Source: Clostridia bacterium
Lineage (GTDB): Bacteria > Bacillota > Clostridia > Oscillospirales > CAG-272
Length of the DNA: 64,000 nt
Assembly (NCBI GenBank): GCA_017539425.1
Contig: JAFYHA010000141.1
Coordinates: 3,839 to 67,838 of the forward strand
Direction: 5' to 3'
Each line of letters opens with the position of its first letter. The stretch's first letter is position 1. The translations under genes and the position numbers were made by a program. The notes beneath the pieces are model-generated. The model was not told where the DNA came from. It was given only the letters and a program-made list of their open reading frames with translations, and ran no database searches. Of this stretch, positions 40,308 to 49,457 are shown piece by piece.

Positions 40308-42110
40308 TTAGTTCTCCTCGGACTCCGGAGCCACAACGGTGATTCCGAGTTCTTCCAAAGCCTTGGGATCTGCGGGTGCCGGGCATTTGGACATCAGTTC
40401 GCTTGCATTCTGCACTTTCGGGAAGGCAATCACGTCGCGCAGGCTGTCCGCGCCGGTCATCACCATAGCCAGACGGTCCAGGCCCATTCCGGAACCTCCG
40501 TGGGGAGGAGCGCCGTATTTATATGCGTCCACAAGGAATCCGAACTTGCGGTCGATCTCTTCAGGAGTCAGGCCAAGCGCCTTGAACATCTTCTCCTGAA
40601 GCTGCCAGTCTGTGATCCGGATGGAACCGGAAAGCAGCTCCGTTCCGTTGAGAACCATATCATAGCATTTGGCACGGACCTTGCCGGGATCTGTTTCCAG
40701 ATACGGCAGGCATTCTTCCAGCGGCATGGTAAACGGATGGTGCATCGCGTCCCAGTGCTGGGTTTCCTCGTTCCATTCAAAGAACGGGAATTCCACGACC
40801 CAGAGGAAATTGAACTTGCCTTCCGGAATGAGATCCAGCTTGCGTCCAAGGATCGTACGGATGGCACCCAGCGTAGGCAGCACGACCTTGTCCTTGTCCG
40901 CACAGATGAGCGCCACGTCGCCCTGCTTCATATTGAGCGCCGCGCAGAGTCCGGCTAGTTGCTCGGGGGTCATAAATTTGGCGAACGAGCAGGAAGGAGC
41001 CTCCTCGACCCAGCGGATATAGGCCAGGCCCTTCGCTCCGATACCCTTGGCATGGTCGACCAGTTTGTCGATTTCCTTGCGGGTCAGCGTCTGTGCCGCA
41101 TTTTCCGCAACGATGGCGCGCACGCTGCCGCCCTGGCTCAATGCGTCCGCAAAGACCGGGAATTCTATGGTGCGGGCCACCTCGCTCAGGTCCTGGATCA
41201 GCATGCCGAACCGGGTATCCGGTTTGTCCGATCCGTACAGGCGCTGGGCATCCGCGAACGTCATACGGGGCATCGGTACCGGCACTTCCACATTCAGCAC
41301 CTCGCGGAACACACGCTGGATGAACCCTTCGTTCATCTGCATGATGTCCTCCTGCGTTGCAAAGGACATTTCCAGGTCGATCTGTGTGAATTCAGGCTGC
41401 CTGTCCGCACGAAGATCTTCATCGCGGAAGCATCTGGCCAGCTGGATGTACCGGTCAAAGCCCGCCACCATCAGCAGCTGTTTATAGATCTGCGGCGATT
41501 GCGGCAACGCATACATGCAGCCTTTGTGGATACGGGACGGCACCACATAATCGCGGGCGCCCTCCGGAGTCGGCTTGATCATCATCGGAGTCTCGATTTC
41601 CATAAAGCCGTTTTCATAGTAATACTCTCGGGCCACCCTTGCGATCTCGTGCCGGATGCGGATATTCTTCTGCAGTTCAGGTCTGCGCAGATCGATGTAT
41701 CTGTATTTAAGAGAGATATCGTCCCGGACTTTCTTCGCATCGTTCACCTCAAACGGAGGTGTCTGGGCAACCGAAAGGATCTTTAAGGACTTGGCACAGA
41801 TCTCCACCTCGCCGGTCGGCAGGTTCGGATTGACAGCCCCCTCCCCTCTCGGGCGCACTACGCCGTGCACCGCGATCACATATTCGCTGCGGATCGTAAA
41901 GGCCTTTTCAAAGATCTCCGGATCCGTGGCATCATCAAATGCCAGTTGTACGATACCGGTGCGGTCACGCAGATCAATAAAAATCAGGGAACCCAGGTCG
42001 CGCTGACGCTGTACCCAGCCCATCACGCAGACCTCCCGTCCGATATCCGATGCGCGGAGGTCGCCGCAGTAATGTGTTCTTCTGTCCTGTTCAGTCAAAA
42101 ACTCAGCCAT
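40308..42110 (-). CDS. aspS: aspartate--tRNA ligase
   Basis: The track ORF is over-extended. The start is MAEFLTEQDRRTHYCGDLR at 42110. OB-fold sequence GWVQRQRDLGSLIFIDLRDRTG, class II motifs FRDEDLRADRQPEFTQID and GSGMGLDRL. Product is 600 aa. Confidence 0.96.
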   Translation of the reverse strand: MAEFLTEQDRRTHYCGDLRASDIGREVCVMGWVQRQRDLGSLIFIDLRDRTGIVQLAFDDATDPEIFEKAFTIRSEYVIAVHGVVRPRGEGAVNPNLPTGEVEICAKSLKILSVAQTPPFEVNDAKKVRDDISLKYRYIDLRRPELQKNIRIRHEIARVAREYYYENGFMEIETPMMIKPTPEGARDYVVPSRIHKGCMYALPQSPQIYKQLLMVAGFDRYIQLARCFRDEDLRADRQPEFTQIDLEMSFATQEDIMQMNEGFIQRVFREVLNVEVPVPMPRMTFADAQRLYGSDKPDTRFGMLIQDLSEVARTIEFPVFADALSQGGSVRAIVAENAAQTLTRKEIDKLVDHAKGIGAKGLAYIRWVEEAPSCSFAKFMTPEQLAGLCAALNMKQGDVALICADKDKVVLPTLGAIRTILGRKLDLIPEGKFNFLWVVEFPFFEWNEETQHWDAMHHPFTMPLEECLPYLETDPGKVRAKCYDMVLNGTELLSGSIRITDWQLQEKMFKALGLTPEEIDRKFGFLVDAYKYGAPPHGGSGMGLDRLAMVMTGADSLRDVIAFPKVQNASELMSKCPAPADPKALEELGITVVAPESEEN

Positions 42111-42126
42111 GAGCGTACACGTCCTT

Positions 42127-42690
42127 TCAATACGGAAGCGGCTGCCCGTCCTTGTTGAACAGCGGCAGGGGCTCGAGATATGTGATGTCCTTCCGGGCGA
42201 TCGCATCGCCCTCGGCCAGGATGGCCATCCTTCCGCACACGATTCCGCCGGCCTCTTCAACCAGCTTTTCCAGTGCGCGCATAGACTCTCCGGTGGAAAT
42301 GACATCGTCCACGATCAGGATCTTCTTTCCCTTCATCTCATTCATATCCGCACGGTCCAGGAACAGATTCTGAACAGCTTCCGTCGTGATGGACTTGACC
42401 GTGACCTTCACGACCTCGGGCATATACAGCTTTGGGGATTTGCGGGCCAGAAAATACTTGCGGTTCCCGGCCTGTCTGCACATTTCGTGGGCAAGCGGGA
42501 TCCCCTTGGATTCGGCAGTCAGCATATAGTCGAATTCAGGGGCCTTTTTCAGCAGTTCCGCCGAGCAGGCGGTCGTCAGTTCGGTATCCCCGAAAATGAC
42601 GAATCCGGCAATGCAAAGTTCATCGTTCAGCCGGCAGATAGGAAGGTCCCGTTTCAGCCCGGCGATGGTCATATGGTAGTATTTTTGCAT
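42127..42690 (-). CDS. phosphoribosyltransferase family protein (adenine/xanthine PRT-like)
   Basis: PRPP-binding motif KILIVDDVISTGESM. I chose the start MQKYYHMTIAGL at 42690 (AAGGA 8 nt upstream). Other in-frame ATGs lie at 42696, 42711 and 42714. Confidence 0.8.
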   Translation of the reverse strand: MQKYYHMTIAGLKRDLPICRLNDELCIAGFVIFGDTELTTACSAELLKKAPEFDYMLTAESKGIPLAHEMCRQAGNRKYFLARKSPKLYMPEVVKVTVKSITTEAVQNLFLDRADMNEMKGKKILIVDDVISTGESMRALEKLVEEAGGIVCGRMAILAEGDAIARKDITYLEPLPLFNKDGQPLPY

Positions 42691-42703
42691 GATCATGATC
42701 CTT

Positions 42704-43888
42704 TCAATCATCATACGAAATTTTTACTCGGTAGGCTCCGGCAAAGGCTTCGTCCACCAGAGCGTTGAAATCCAGCTTTTTCTCCTGCAGGAGTACTTTG
42801 TCCAGTACAGGACGCGTCCGAGGATGGCGGGGCGTAAATACCGTACAGCAGTCCTCGTAAGGTTCTATGGACGTGTCAAACGTACCGATCTTGCGGGACA
42901 GCTGGATGATCTCCTCCTTGTCCATCCCGATGCAGGGACGCAAAACCGGGACTCCGGCAGCCGCGTCGGTCACCGTGATCGCTTCGGCTGTCTGGGACGC
43001 GACCTGACCCAGGCTTTCACCCGTGATCAGCGTCTGGCATCCGCATCTGTTGGCGACTTTCGTGGCAATGGCCATCATATACCTGCGAAGCAGCAGGGTG
43101 AAATAATCTTCCTCGCAGTTTCGGCTCAACTCTTCCTGAATCTTGGTCAGGGAGACCACATGCACATACATATCACCGGTATATTCGGTCAGGAGTTTGG
43201 CCAGCCTGAGGACCTTGTCCCTGGCCATCTCCGAAGTATACGGGAACGACTCAAAATGAACGGCTTCGATACGCATTCCCCGCTTGGCCATCATATAGCC
43301 CGCCACGGGTGAGTCGATCCCTCCGGACAAGAGAAGAAGTCCCCGCCCGTTGGACCCCACAGGCATCCCGCCCGCTGCATGCAATTGGCCGGCATGGATA
43401 TAGGCGGCTTTTTCCCGGATCTCCACACGGACCGTAACGTCCGGACGATGCACATCTACCGTCAGTCCGGGCATAGCCTGCAGAATCACATAGCCCAACT
43501 CCGCAGACAGTTCCATGGAATTATAGGCAAACGTCTTATCCGACCGTCTGGCTTCGCATTTGAACGTCCGGGCACCACCGAGCAACGGGGGCAGGTAGTC
43601 CCTGGCCGTCTGCAGGATGGCATCCAGGCTTTTTTCACATTCTGCCGCGCGGGTGATCGCCGCGATCCCAAATACTTTGGACGCCGAACTCAGCATTCCG
43701 TCCAGGTCTGCGTCCTCATCCATAGGCTCGATATAGACGGTACTCTGCGCTCTGTAAACGGAAAAATTGCCGAAGCGCTTCGCACGCCTGACCAGCTCGC
43801 TGCACAGCGTGTCCTCAAAGAAATTCTTGTTGGCACCCTTCAGGACGATTTCGCCGTATTTGCAAAGCAGTATTTCTTTAATTTTCAC
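42704..43888 (-). CDS. thiI: tRNA 4-thiouridine(8) synthase ThiI
   Basis: 394 aa. N-terminal MKIKEILLCKYGEIVLKG (ferredoxin-like/THUMP) and a PP-loop LLLSGGIDSPVA. Confidence 0.93.
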   Translation of the reverse strand: MKIKEILLCKYGEIVLKGANKNFFEDTLCSELVRRAKRFGNFSVYRAQSTVYIEPMDEDADLDGMLSSASKVFGIAAITRAAECEKSLDAILQTARDYLPPLLGGARTFKCEARRSDKTFAYNSMELSAELGYVILQAMPGLTVDVHRPDVTVRVEIREKAAYIHAGQLHAAGGMPVGSNGRGLLLLSGGIDSPVAGYMMAKRGMRIEAVHFESFPYTSEMARDKVLRLAKLLTEYTGDMYVHVVSLTKIQEELSRNCEEDYFTLLLRRYMMAIATKVANRCGCQTLITGESLGQVASQTAEAITVTDAAAGVPVLRPCIGMDKEEIIQLSRKIGTFDTSIEPYEDCCTVFTPRHPRTRPVLDKVLLQEKKLDFNALVDEAFAGAYRVKISYDD

Positions 43889-44225
43889 TCTCTTCGCCGT
43901 CTTTCTTAGCGTTTTCGTTCTCTTCCGGAACTACTTTGCTGTCCTCTGTGTCCTCGGTCTCCTTGCCGTCCAGTATGGCATTCAGCAATTCTATGGCACG
44001 AGGCCCGTCCCGCTTGTCCACAAAGAAATCCGTTCCGAATACCGAAAAACCGGCAATGATCTTGGCGGAACTTCCGGATCCGCGCTCTTTGATCATATAC
44101 GGGATTTCCTCGGCGCGCAGGATGCTCTCTATGAACGAGGCCTGTACGTTGTCATATGCGGTCCTCACAAACACAACGTTGTCATACTGCGACCGCGGTT
44201 CGTCTTTTCCAAACAAAATACCCAT
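43878..44225 (-). CDS. small DUF2007-like protein with an acidic C-terminal tail
   Basis: 115 aa. VVFVRTAYDNVQASFIESILRAEEIPYMIKERG...DGPRAIELL resembles the DUF2007 (putative signal-transducing) fold pattern. The tail is ETEDTEDS...EENENAKKDGEESEN. It overlaps the thiI start by 11 nt. Confidence 0.5.
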   Translation of the reverse strand: MGILFGKDEPRSQYDNVVFVRTAYDNVQASFIESILRAEEIPYMIKERGSGSSAKIIAGFSVFGTDFFVDKRDGPRAIELLNAILDGKETEDTEDSKVVPEENENAKKDGEESEN

Positions 44226-44227
44226 TT

Positions 44228-45313
44228 TCAGTCCTCATAGTAATGCGGGAACAGGCAATCCCAGACTTTCTGGCAGGCAATCGTATCCGCAATGGATGTG
44301 TGCGGAACGCCTTCTCCCCAGGATACGCCGAAGCAATCCATGGCGTCAATCAAGGACATGTGCACCTGATCCGGGTCGTGTTCGTGCGCGTAGCGAACGA
44401 ATTCCCTGGCACAGTCCCGGGTTTTATCCTTGAGCCGGTCCCGTTCCTTTTCGGTGTCATATATGTATTTGATATGGCTGTAATCGGTAGAAACGCCGTA
44501 TGCGATCAGCTGATCCGCATCCGCAAACAATTGTTTCAGACGGGGTACGAGATCGGAAAGGAGGGGCGCAGTTTTCACCATCTCCGGCGTGATCCCGTGT
44601 ATCTGTTCCGTTCTCTTCCATTTCTTTTTCCGGAGCGGCTTGACCAAAGTATCCATCAGGACCGTTCCGTTTCCGTCACAGATGGAAATCGAAATGATTT
44701 CATCATGTACGTATACATCGGTCAACTCCAGGTCAAAGAATAGGACACGTTCCCTCTTCATGCCAAAATGCTGTTCGCGGTAAGCGTCCCCTTCCGCTCT
44801 GCGGACCGCCAGTTCTTTCTCAAAGCAGGCTCTGCAGAGCTTGTGCTTATACCGCTCGTTCTTTCCGCATTTGGCACAAGGCAAGGGTAATCTAGAAGCC
44901 GTACGGATATCGTAAAAGAATTGAATGGACTTATCCTTACGGATCGTATAGGCCACAGGTTCTTCAACCACTACGTAATGCTTCTGTTTCAATCTGTCTT
45001 CGGGATAATAGCCCTGGGCCGCCGCTCTTTTATAGCTCATCCGTCCGATGATGTTGCCGCTGTCCAACGTCATAGGCATGCTCTTGGCACTTGGGTCAAA
45101 CCACTGTTCAGGCGGAGCCTCTTTGACCCGGTTGGGATCAAAGAAATACGTAATTGAGGAGCCCGCGTTGCGTTCGAATGCAACAGGACCGGCTGTGGGA
45201 ATCAGGTGCATCTGGGTAAGGGTAGCCCGACTTAATAAGCGCCTTGCATCCGCTTCTTTCTTCGTGATTTCAGGAAGGTTACGTCCTGAATCCGTTTTGA
45301 GTGTATCGTTCAC
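44228..45313 (-). CDS. DEDDh-type 3'-5' exonuclease fused to an uncharacterised N-terminal domain with a CxxC...CxxC knuckle
   Basis: C-terminal half carries Exo I FFDLELTD, Exo II LIAYGVSTDYSHI and Exo III HTSIADT. I do not recognise the N-terminal ~190 aa, which contains CAKCGKNERYKHKLCRAC. The likely start is GTG 45313 (GGAGG 5 nt upstream). The TTG at 45325 in the track overlaps the SD. Confidence 0.72.
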   Translation of the reverse strand: MNDTLKTDSGRNLPEITKKEADARRLLSRATLTQMHLIPTAGPVAFERNAGSSITYFFDPNRVKEAPPEQWFDPSAKSMPMTLDSGNIIGRMSYKRAAAQGYYPEDRLKQKHYVVVEEPVAYTIRKDKSIQFFYDIRTASRLPLPCAKCGKNERYKHKLCRACFEKELAVRRAEGDAYREQHFGMKRERVLFFDLELTDVYVHDEIISISICDGNGTVLMDTLVKPLRKKKWKRTEQIHGITPEMVKTAPLLSDLVPRLKQLFADADQLIAYGVSTDYSHIKYIYDTEKERDRLKDKTRDCAREFVRYAHEHDPDQVHMSLIDAMDCFGVSWGEGVPHTSIADTIACQKVWDCLFPHYYED

Positions 45314-45371
45314 ACAAACCTCCAAAGGTCATGGCAAAATACTGGAAAACCATAATCTTTTATAGGATAGC

Positions 45372-45401
45372 ATATTATTAATAGAAAATCAAGTATTTCA
45401 A
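45372..45401 (-). promoter_or_regulatory. putative sigma-A promoter (TTGAAA-18-TAATAT) of the exonuclease-thiI-aspS operon
   Basis: Minus strand reads TTGAAAtacttgattttctattaaTAATAT in an AT-rich intergenic region. Confidence 0.5.
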
Positions 45402-45456
45402 CGGATTTCAGCCCACTGTAGACTCTGTGCCGTTCTAAAAAATGACGCCCGAAAGA

Positions 45457-45485
45457 TTGCTTTTACCACCCCGGTGTGGTAAGAT
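45457..45485 (+). promoter_or_regulatory. putative sigma-A promoter (TTGCTT-17-TAAGAT, TGn extended -10) of the MBOAT gene
   Basis: TTGCTTttaccaccccggtgtggTAAGAT lies about 28 nt upstream of the ATG at 45514. Confidence 0.5.
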
Positions 45486-45513
45486 GTTGGTAGTACTTGA
45501 AGGAGGTTCGGAA

Positions 45514-46950
45514 ATGCTGTTTTCATCCCTGACTTTTCTGTTTCTGTTCCTCCCCGCCAGTCTTCTCATCTTCTTCCTGGTCCCTCTGAAATACCGCAAT
45601 TACGCCCTGTTCGCCATCAGCCTGATCTTTTACGGATGGCGTGCTGAGGACCGATGGTACCTGATCCTGCTGATTCTCACATTCAGCCTGGATTATGTGG
45701 CGGCACTTCTCATAGCAAGATCCAGAGCGAAGGAGAATCCGAAAGCATCCAAGATCATTTTTATCCTGGCCCTCTGCCTCAACATCGGTCTGCTCGCCTT
45801 TTTCAAATATACCGACTTTATCCTGACCAATCTCGCCCGGATACCGCTTTTCAGTGGGATCAAGCCCCTCGGGCTCGCATTCCCGCTCGGCATCTCCTTC
45901 TATTCATTCCAGGCCATGTCCTACCTGATCGACGTGTACCTCGGCAAGATTCAGATCCAGAAAAACTATTTCACATTCGGAACCTATGTGGTTCTGTATC
46001 CGCAGCTCGTAGCGGGTCCGATCATCCAATACCGTGAGATCGAATCCCAACTTGCAGACCATCCGTCCTCCGTTGCGCTAGCCGCATCCGGGATACGGAC
46101 ATTCATCTGCGGTCTGGGCAAGAAAGTCCTGCTGGCCAATGTGGCCGGAGAACTGTGGACCACCATCCACAACCTTCCTTCCGATCAGATGACCACACTG
46201 CTTGCCTGGTTCGGTCTGTTCCTTTTCTCCATGCAGATCTACTTTGACTTCTCGGGTTATTCGGATATGGCCATAGGACTTGGCAAAATCATGGGCTTCC
46301 GTTTCCCGGAGAATTTCAATTATCCGTACATAGCCCAGTCCATCACGGATTTCTGGCATCGCTGGCACATCACTTTGTCGGGATGGTTCCGGGATTATGT
46401 TTACATTCCTTTGGGCGGAAACCGTTCGGGTTATGCGCGAACGTTCTTCAACATGTTCGTGGTATGGTGCCTGACCGGCCTGTGGCACGGAGCAGCCTGG
46501 AATTATATCCTTTGGGGATTGTATTACTTCGTCCTGCTCAGCATCGAGCGGCTTGGATTTGGCAAACTCCTTTCCGAATGGCCTTCTTTTTTCAGGCACG
46601 TCTACGCACTGTTCTTCATCTTGCTCGGATGGCTGATCTTCGCTATTGACGGAAGTTCCGAGGCCCTGACATTCTCAGCGTTGGGACGCTACCTAGGCTA
46701 TTTGTTCGGTATCGGAACAGCCGGCTTTGCCTCCGGCCTTACGGCTTATGAACTGGTACGCAATCTCTCCTTCTCGTTTATTCTGCTGTTTGCCTGCATA
46801 CCCGGGCCGAAAGTATGGATGCAGCGAATCCGGTCCCGGTACAGGATCGCTCCGTACCTGTTCGATATCGGTGCCGCAGCCGTACTGGTGCTCTGCGTAG
46901 CCTATCTGGCTGACTCCGGTTTTAATCCGTTCCTATACTGGAAATTCTGA
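45514..46950 (+). CDS. MBOAT family O-acyltransferase (AlgI/DltB-like)
   Basis: Start MLFSSLTFLFLFLPASL at 45514 (GAAGGAGG SD). It is polytopic and carries the conserved-His region FWHRWHITLSGWFRDYVYIPLGGNR. Confidence 0.9.
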   Translation: MLFSSLTFLFLFLPASLLIFFLVPLKYRNYALFAISLIFYGWRAEDRWYLILLILTFSLDYVAALLIARSRAKENPKASKIIFILALCLNIGLLAFFKYTDFILTNLARIPLFSGIKPLGLAFPLGISFYSFQAMSYLIDVYLGKIQIQKNYFTFGTYVVLYPQLVAGPIIQYREIESQLADHPSSVALAASGIRTFICGLGKKVLLANVAGELWTTIHNLPSDQMTTLLAWFGLFLFSMQIYFDFSGYSDMAIGLGKIMGFRFPENFNYPYIAQSITDFWHRWHITLSGWFRDYVYIPLGGNRSGYARTFFNMFVVWCLTGLWHGAAWNYILWGLYYFVLLSIERLGFGKLLSEWPSFFRHVYALFFILLGWLIFAIDGSSEALTFSALGRYLGYLFGIGTAGFASGLTAYELVRNLSFSFILLFACIPGPKVWMQRIRSRYRIAPYLFDIGAAAVLVLCVAYLADSGFNPFLYWKF

Positions 46951-46982
46951 TTTTCCCTCCCGGAACGGGTCAAAACTCGCTC

Positions 46983-47011
46983 TTGACTTTTGATAGGGCA
47001 CATTGTATAAT
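46983..47011 (+). promoter_or_regulatory. near-consensus sigma-A promoter (TTGACT-17-TATAAT)
   Basis: TTGACTtttgatagggcacattgTATAAT. It would give a leader of about 170 nt before the LRR lipoprotein gene. Confidence 0.65.
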
Positions 47012-47186
47012 AACTTTGTATGTTTTTAGGAACCGTCCGGGCCGCTTTCACAAGCGTGACCGAACTTCCCCGGCCGGCTAGAAAGATTGAGCATATCTCA
47101 CGGAAAGGAGAGCGTCACAAAGAGTCCGGCTCTTTGCGACGGGCAATACGATTCCTCCCTTGAGGGGGCATTTGCCTTTTTGAAGC

Positions 47187-48083
47187 ATGAAAAGAATTTT
47201 TGCGTTTCTGTTATGCGGTCTGCTTTTGTGCAGCCTGCTCGCATGCGGCAAAACAGACGATGACGGTTCTTCTCTAAACAGAGACGAAGACCAGGAAATC
47301 GTCACCACATCCGCTGGCGACACATTCACATTTGAACCTTTGGACAGTGAAAGCGTCCAGATCACTTCCTACCGCGGCAACTACGTTGCGCATGAAGTTG
47401 TCGTTCCCGACACGATCGGAAGCAGCAAGGTCGTGGCTATCGGCAAAAACGCTTTCTATCAGAACATCTTCATCACAGGGATCACCCTTCCCGCCACGGT
47501 CACCACGATCGATGACTATGCCTTCGCCGGATGCACCAGTCTGAAAGCCATTACGCTTCCTGACAATCTGGAAGTCATCGGAAAAGGCGCCTTTTATGGT
47601 TGCACCGGCCTCAAGTCGCTGACTATGGGCAGTAAGGTGGAGACCATTGATGACAACGCCTTCTACAAGTGCACCGGCATGGAGACCATAAACCTCTCCG
47701 AAGGCTTGAATACGATTGGAGAAGCCGCGTTCTTCCATTGTGACTCATTAACGGAAGTCGTCGTTCCCGAAGGCACGGTCAAGATCGGCAAAATGGCGTT
47801 TTACAACTGCCGTTCGCTGGCTACCCTGACCCTTCCCGCCTCAATTGAAGAGATTGGCGAATATGCTCTCCGTCAGGCTCCTGACACGGATGAGACCAAT
47901 GAAGACGGCGAAGATACTTTCGTTCCCCTTCAGGTCATCACGGTCGAAGGTTCCTATGCCGCTGAGTATGTCAGCCAAAACGTCCCGGCCTACGAGCCGA
48001 AGGAAACCACTTCCCCGGAGACAGATGCCGAATCGGAAGTCGTTCCCCCCGAATCCGAATCCGAATCCGAAACTGCAGAATAA
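47187..48083 (+). CDS. BspA-type leucine-rich-repeat surface lipoprotein
   Basis: 298 aa. Lipobox LLCSLLAC-G. Repeats of about 23 aa, such as IGKNAFYQNIFITGITLP, IDDYAFAGCTSLKAITLP, IGKGAFYGCTGLKSLTM and IDDNAFYKCTGMETINL. Acidic SE-repeat tail. Confidence 0.85.
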   Translation: MKRIFAFLLCGLLLCSLLACGKTDDDGSSLNRDEDQEIVTTSAGDTFTFEPLDSESVQITSYRGNYVAHEVVVPDTIGSSKVVAIGKNAFYQNIFITGITLPATVTTIDDYAFAGCTSLKAITLPDNLEVIGKGAFYGCTGLKSLTMGSKVETIDDNAFYKCTGMETINLSEGLNTIGEAAFFHCDSLTEVVVPEGTVKIGKMAFYNCRSLATLTLPASIEEIGEYALRQAPDTDETNEDGEDTFVPLQVITVEGSYAAEYVSQNVPAYEPKETTSPETDAESEVVPPESESESETAE

Positions 48084-48100
48084 TATGTCATAGCGTAAAA

Positions 48101-48138
48101 AGCGCCTCCCGACTGTTTGCCCGGATGGCGCTTTTTTT
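48101..48138 (+). terminator. rho-independent terminator after the LRR lipoprotein gene
   Basis: AGCGCC...GGCGCT outer stem with an imperfect inner stem, followed by TTTTTTT. Confidence 0.7.
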
Positions 48139-48201
48139 GTATGCCTCTTTGAATGGAATCGCCGGGCAGCTGAAACCGCCCGGCGCTTTCTGTCAACCCG
48201 C

Positions 48202-49422
48202 TTAATGCAGTTCGACTTTCATATAGTTCTTCTTGCCTCTACGGATAACGACCCCTTTTGCAAGACGTTCCGCGTCATAGGATTCCCGAATGTTGGAGAC
48301 CTTTTCGCCGTCTACGGTCACACCGCCCTGCTCTACCGCACGGCGGGCCTCCGATCTAGACGGAACCAAACCGGATTTCACCAAAAGGGTCAAGACATCC
48401 GCGCATCCGTCCGTCAGATCTTCGGTGGCGATCGTCTGTGAGGGCATTTCGTCAGTATTGCCCGCACCGAACAGTGCCTTTGCGCTGCTTTGGGCTTTCA
48501 GCGCTTCCTCTTCCCCGTGAACGAGTTTGGTCAGTTCGAAAGCCAGGATCTCTTTCGCTGTGTTCAACTGTGACCCTTCCCATTTATCCATTTCGTCGAT
48601 CTGTTCAAGGGGCAGGAATGTCAGCATACGGATGCACTTGAGAACGCTGGAATCCTCCACGTTTCTCCAGTACTGATAGAAATCAAACGGGCTGGTCTTG
48701 TTCGGATCGAGCCAGACTGCCCCAGAAGCGGTTTTGCCCATTTTCTTTCCCTCGGAATTGAGCAGCAGCGTGATGGTCATCGCATAGGCGTCCTTGCCCA
48801 GTTTCCTTCGGATCAGTTCCGTTCCTCCCAGCATATTGGACCACTGGTCGTCACCGCCGAACTGCATATTGCAGCCGTAAGTCTTGTACAAATGATAGAA
48901 ATCGTAGGACTGCATGATCATATAGTTGAATTCAAGGAAGGAAAGGCCCTTCTCCATACGCTGCTTGTAGCACTCGGCACGAAGCATATTGTTCACGGAG
49001 AAGCAGGCGCCTACCTCGCGGAGAAGTTCAACATAATTCAACTTGAGCAACCAGTCCGCGTTGTTGACCATAATGGCCTTGTCTTCACCGAATTCAATGA
49101 ACCGTTCCATCTGCTTTCGGAAGCAGTCGCAGTTGTGCTGGATAGTCTCCGGTGTCATCATACTGCGCATATCCGTGCGTCCGGAAGGATCGCCGATATA
49201 TCCGGTTCCCCCGCCGACCAGTACGATGGGTCGGTTGCCGGCCATCTGCAGTCTCTTCATCAGGCACAAAGCCATAAAATGTCCAACGTGGAGAGAATCC
49301 GCGGTAGGATCAAACCCGATGTAGAAGGTGGCTTTGCCCTCATTGATCAAATCCTTGATTTTGTCTTCATCTGTCACCTGTGCAATCAAGCCACGGGCAA
49401 CCAGTTCATCATAAATAGTCAT
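48202..49422 (-). CDS. tyrS: tyrosine--tRNA ligase
   Basis: 406 aa. HIGH motif (DSLHVGHF), KMSKS-like KMGKT, and a C-terminal S4 domain. Confidence 0.96.
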   Translation of the reverse strand: MTIYDELVARGLIAQVTDEDKIKDLINEGKATFYIGFDPTADSLHVGHFMALCLMKRLQMAGNRPIVLVGGGTGYIGDPSGRTDMRSMMTPETIQHNCDCFRKQMERFIEFGEDKAIMVNNADWLLKLNYVELLREVGACFSVNNMLRAECYKQRMEKGLSFLEFNYMIMQSYDFYHLYKTYGCNMQFGGDDQWSNMLGGTELIRRKLGKDAYAMTITLLLNSEGKKMGKTASGAVWLDPNKTSPFDFYQYWRNVEDSSVLKCIRMLTFLPLEQIDEMDKWEGSQLNTAKEILAFELTKLVHGEEEALKAQSSAKALFGAGNTDEMPSQTIATEDLTDGCADVLTLLVKSGLVPSRSEARRAVEQGGVTVDGEKVSNIRESYDAERLAKGVVIRRGKKNYMKVELH

Positions 49423-49457
49423 ATAAACTCCAGTACAATAACGGTATGTTAGTGGTT

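Noticed and set aside
40308-42305. Long N-terminal extensions in the track ORFs. Affected genes: aspS, glnS, lepA, rnj, truB, nagA, dtd, the MBL hydrolase, GNAT, Toprim, DUF1292, the FAD protein, MBOAT and the phosphoesterase
   Set aside because: The extensions run into upstream genes or intergenic DNA and are rich in Arg, Ser, Pro and Cys. In each case an internal ATG or GTG with a proper SD restores the conserved family N-terminus, so I trimmed the coordinates.
47012-47186. c-di-GMP, ZTP or other known riboswitch in the LRR lipoprotein leader
   Set aside because: I compared it by eye with remembered consensus cores and found no convincing match. It needs a covariance-model scan, so I make no class call.
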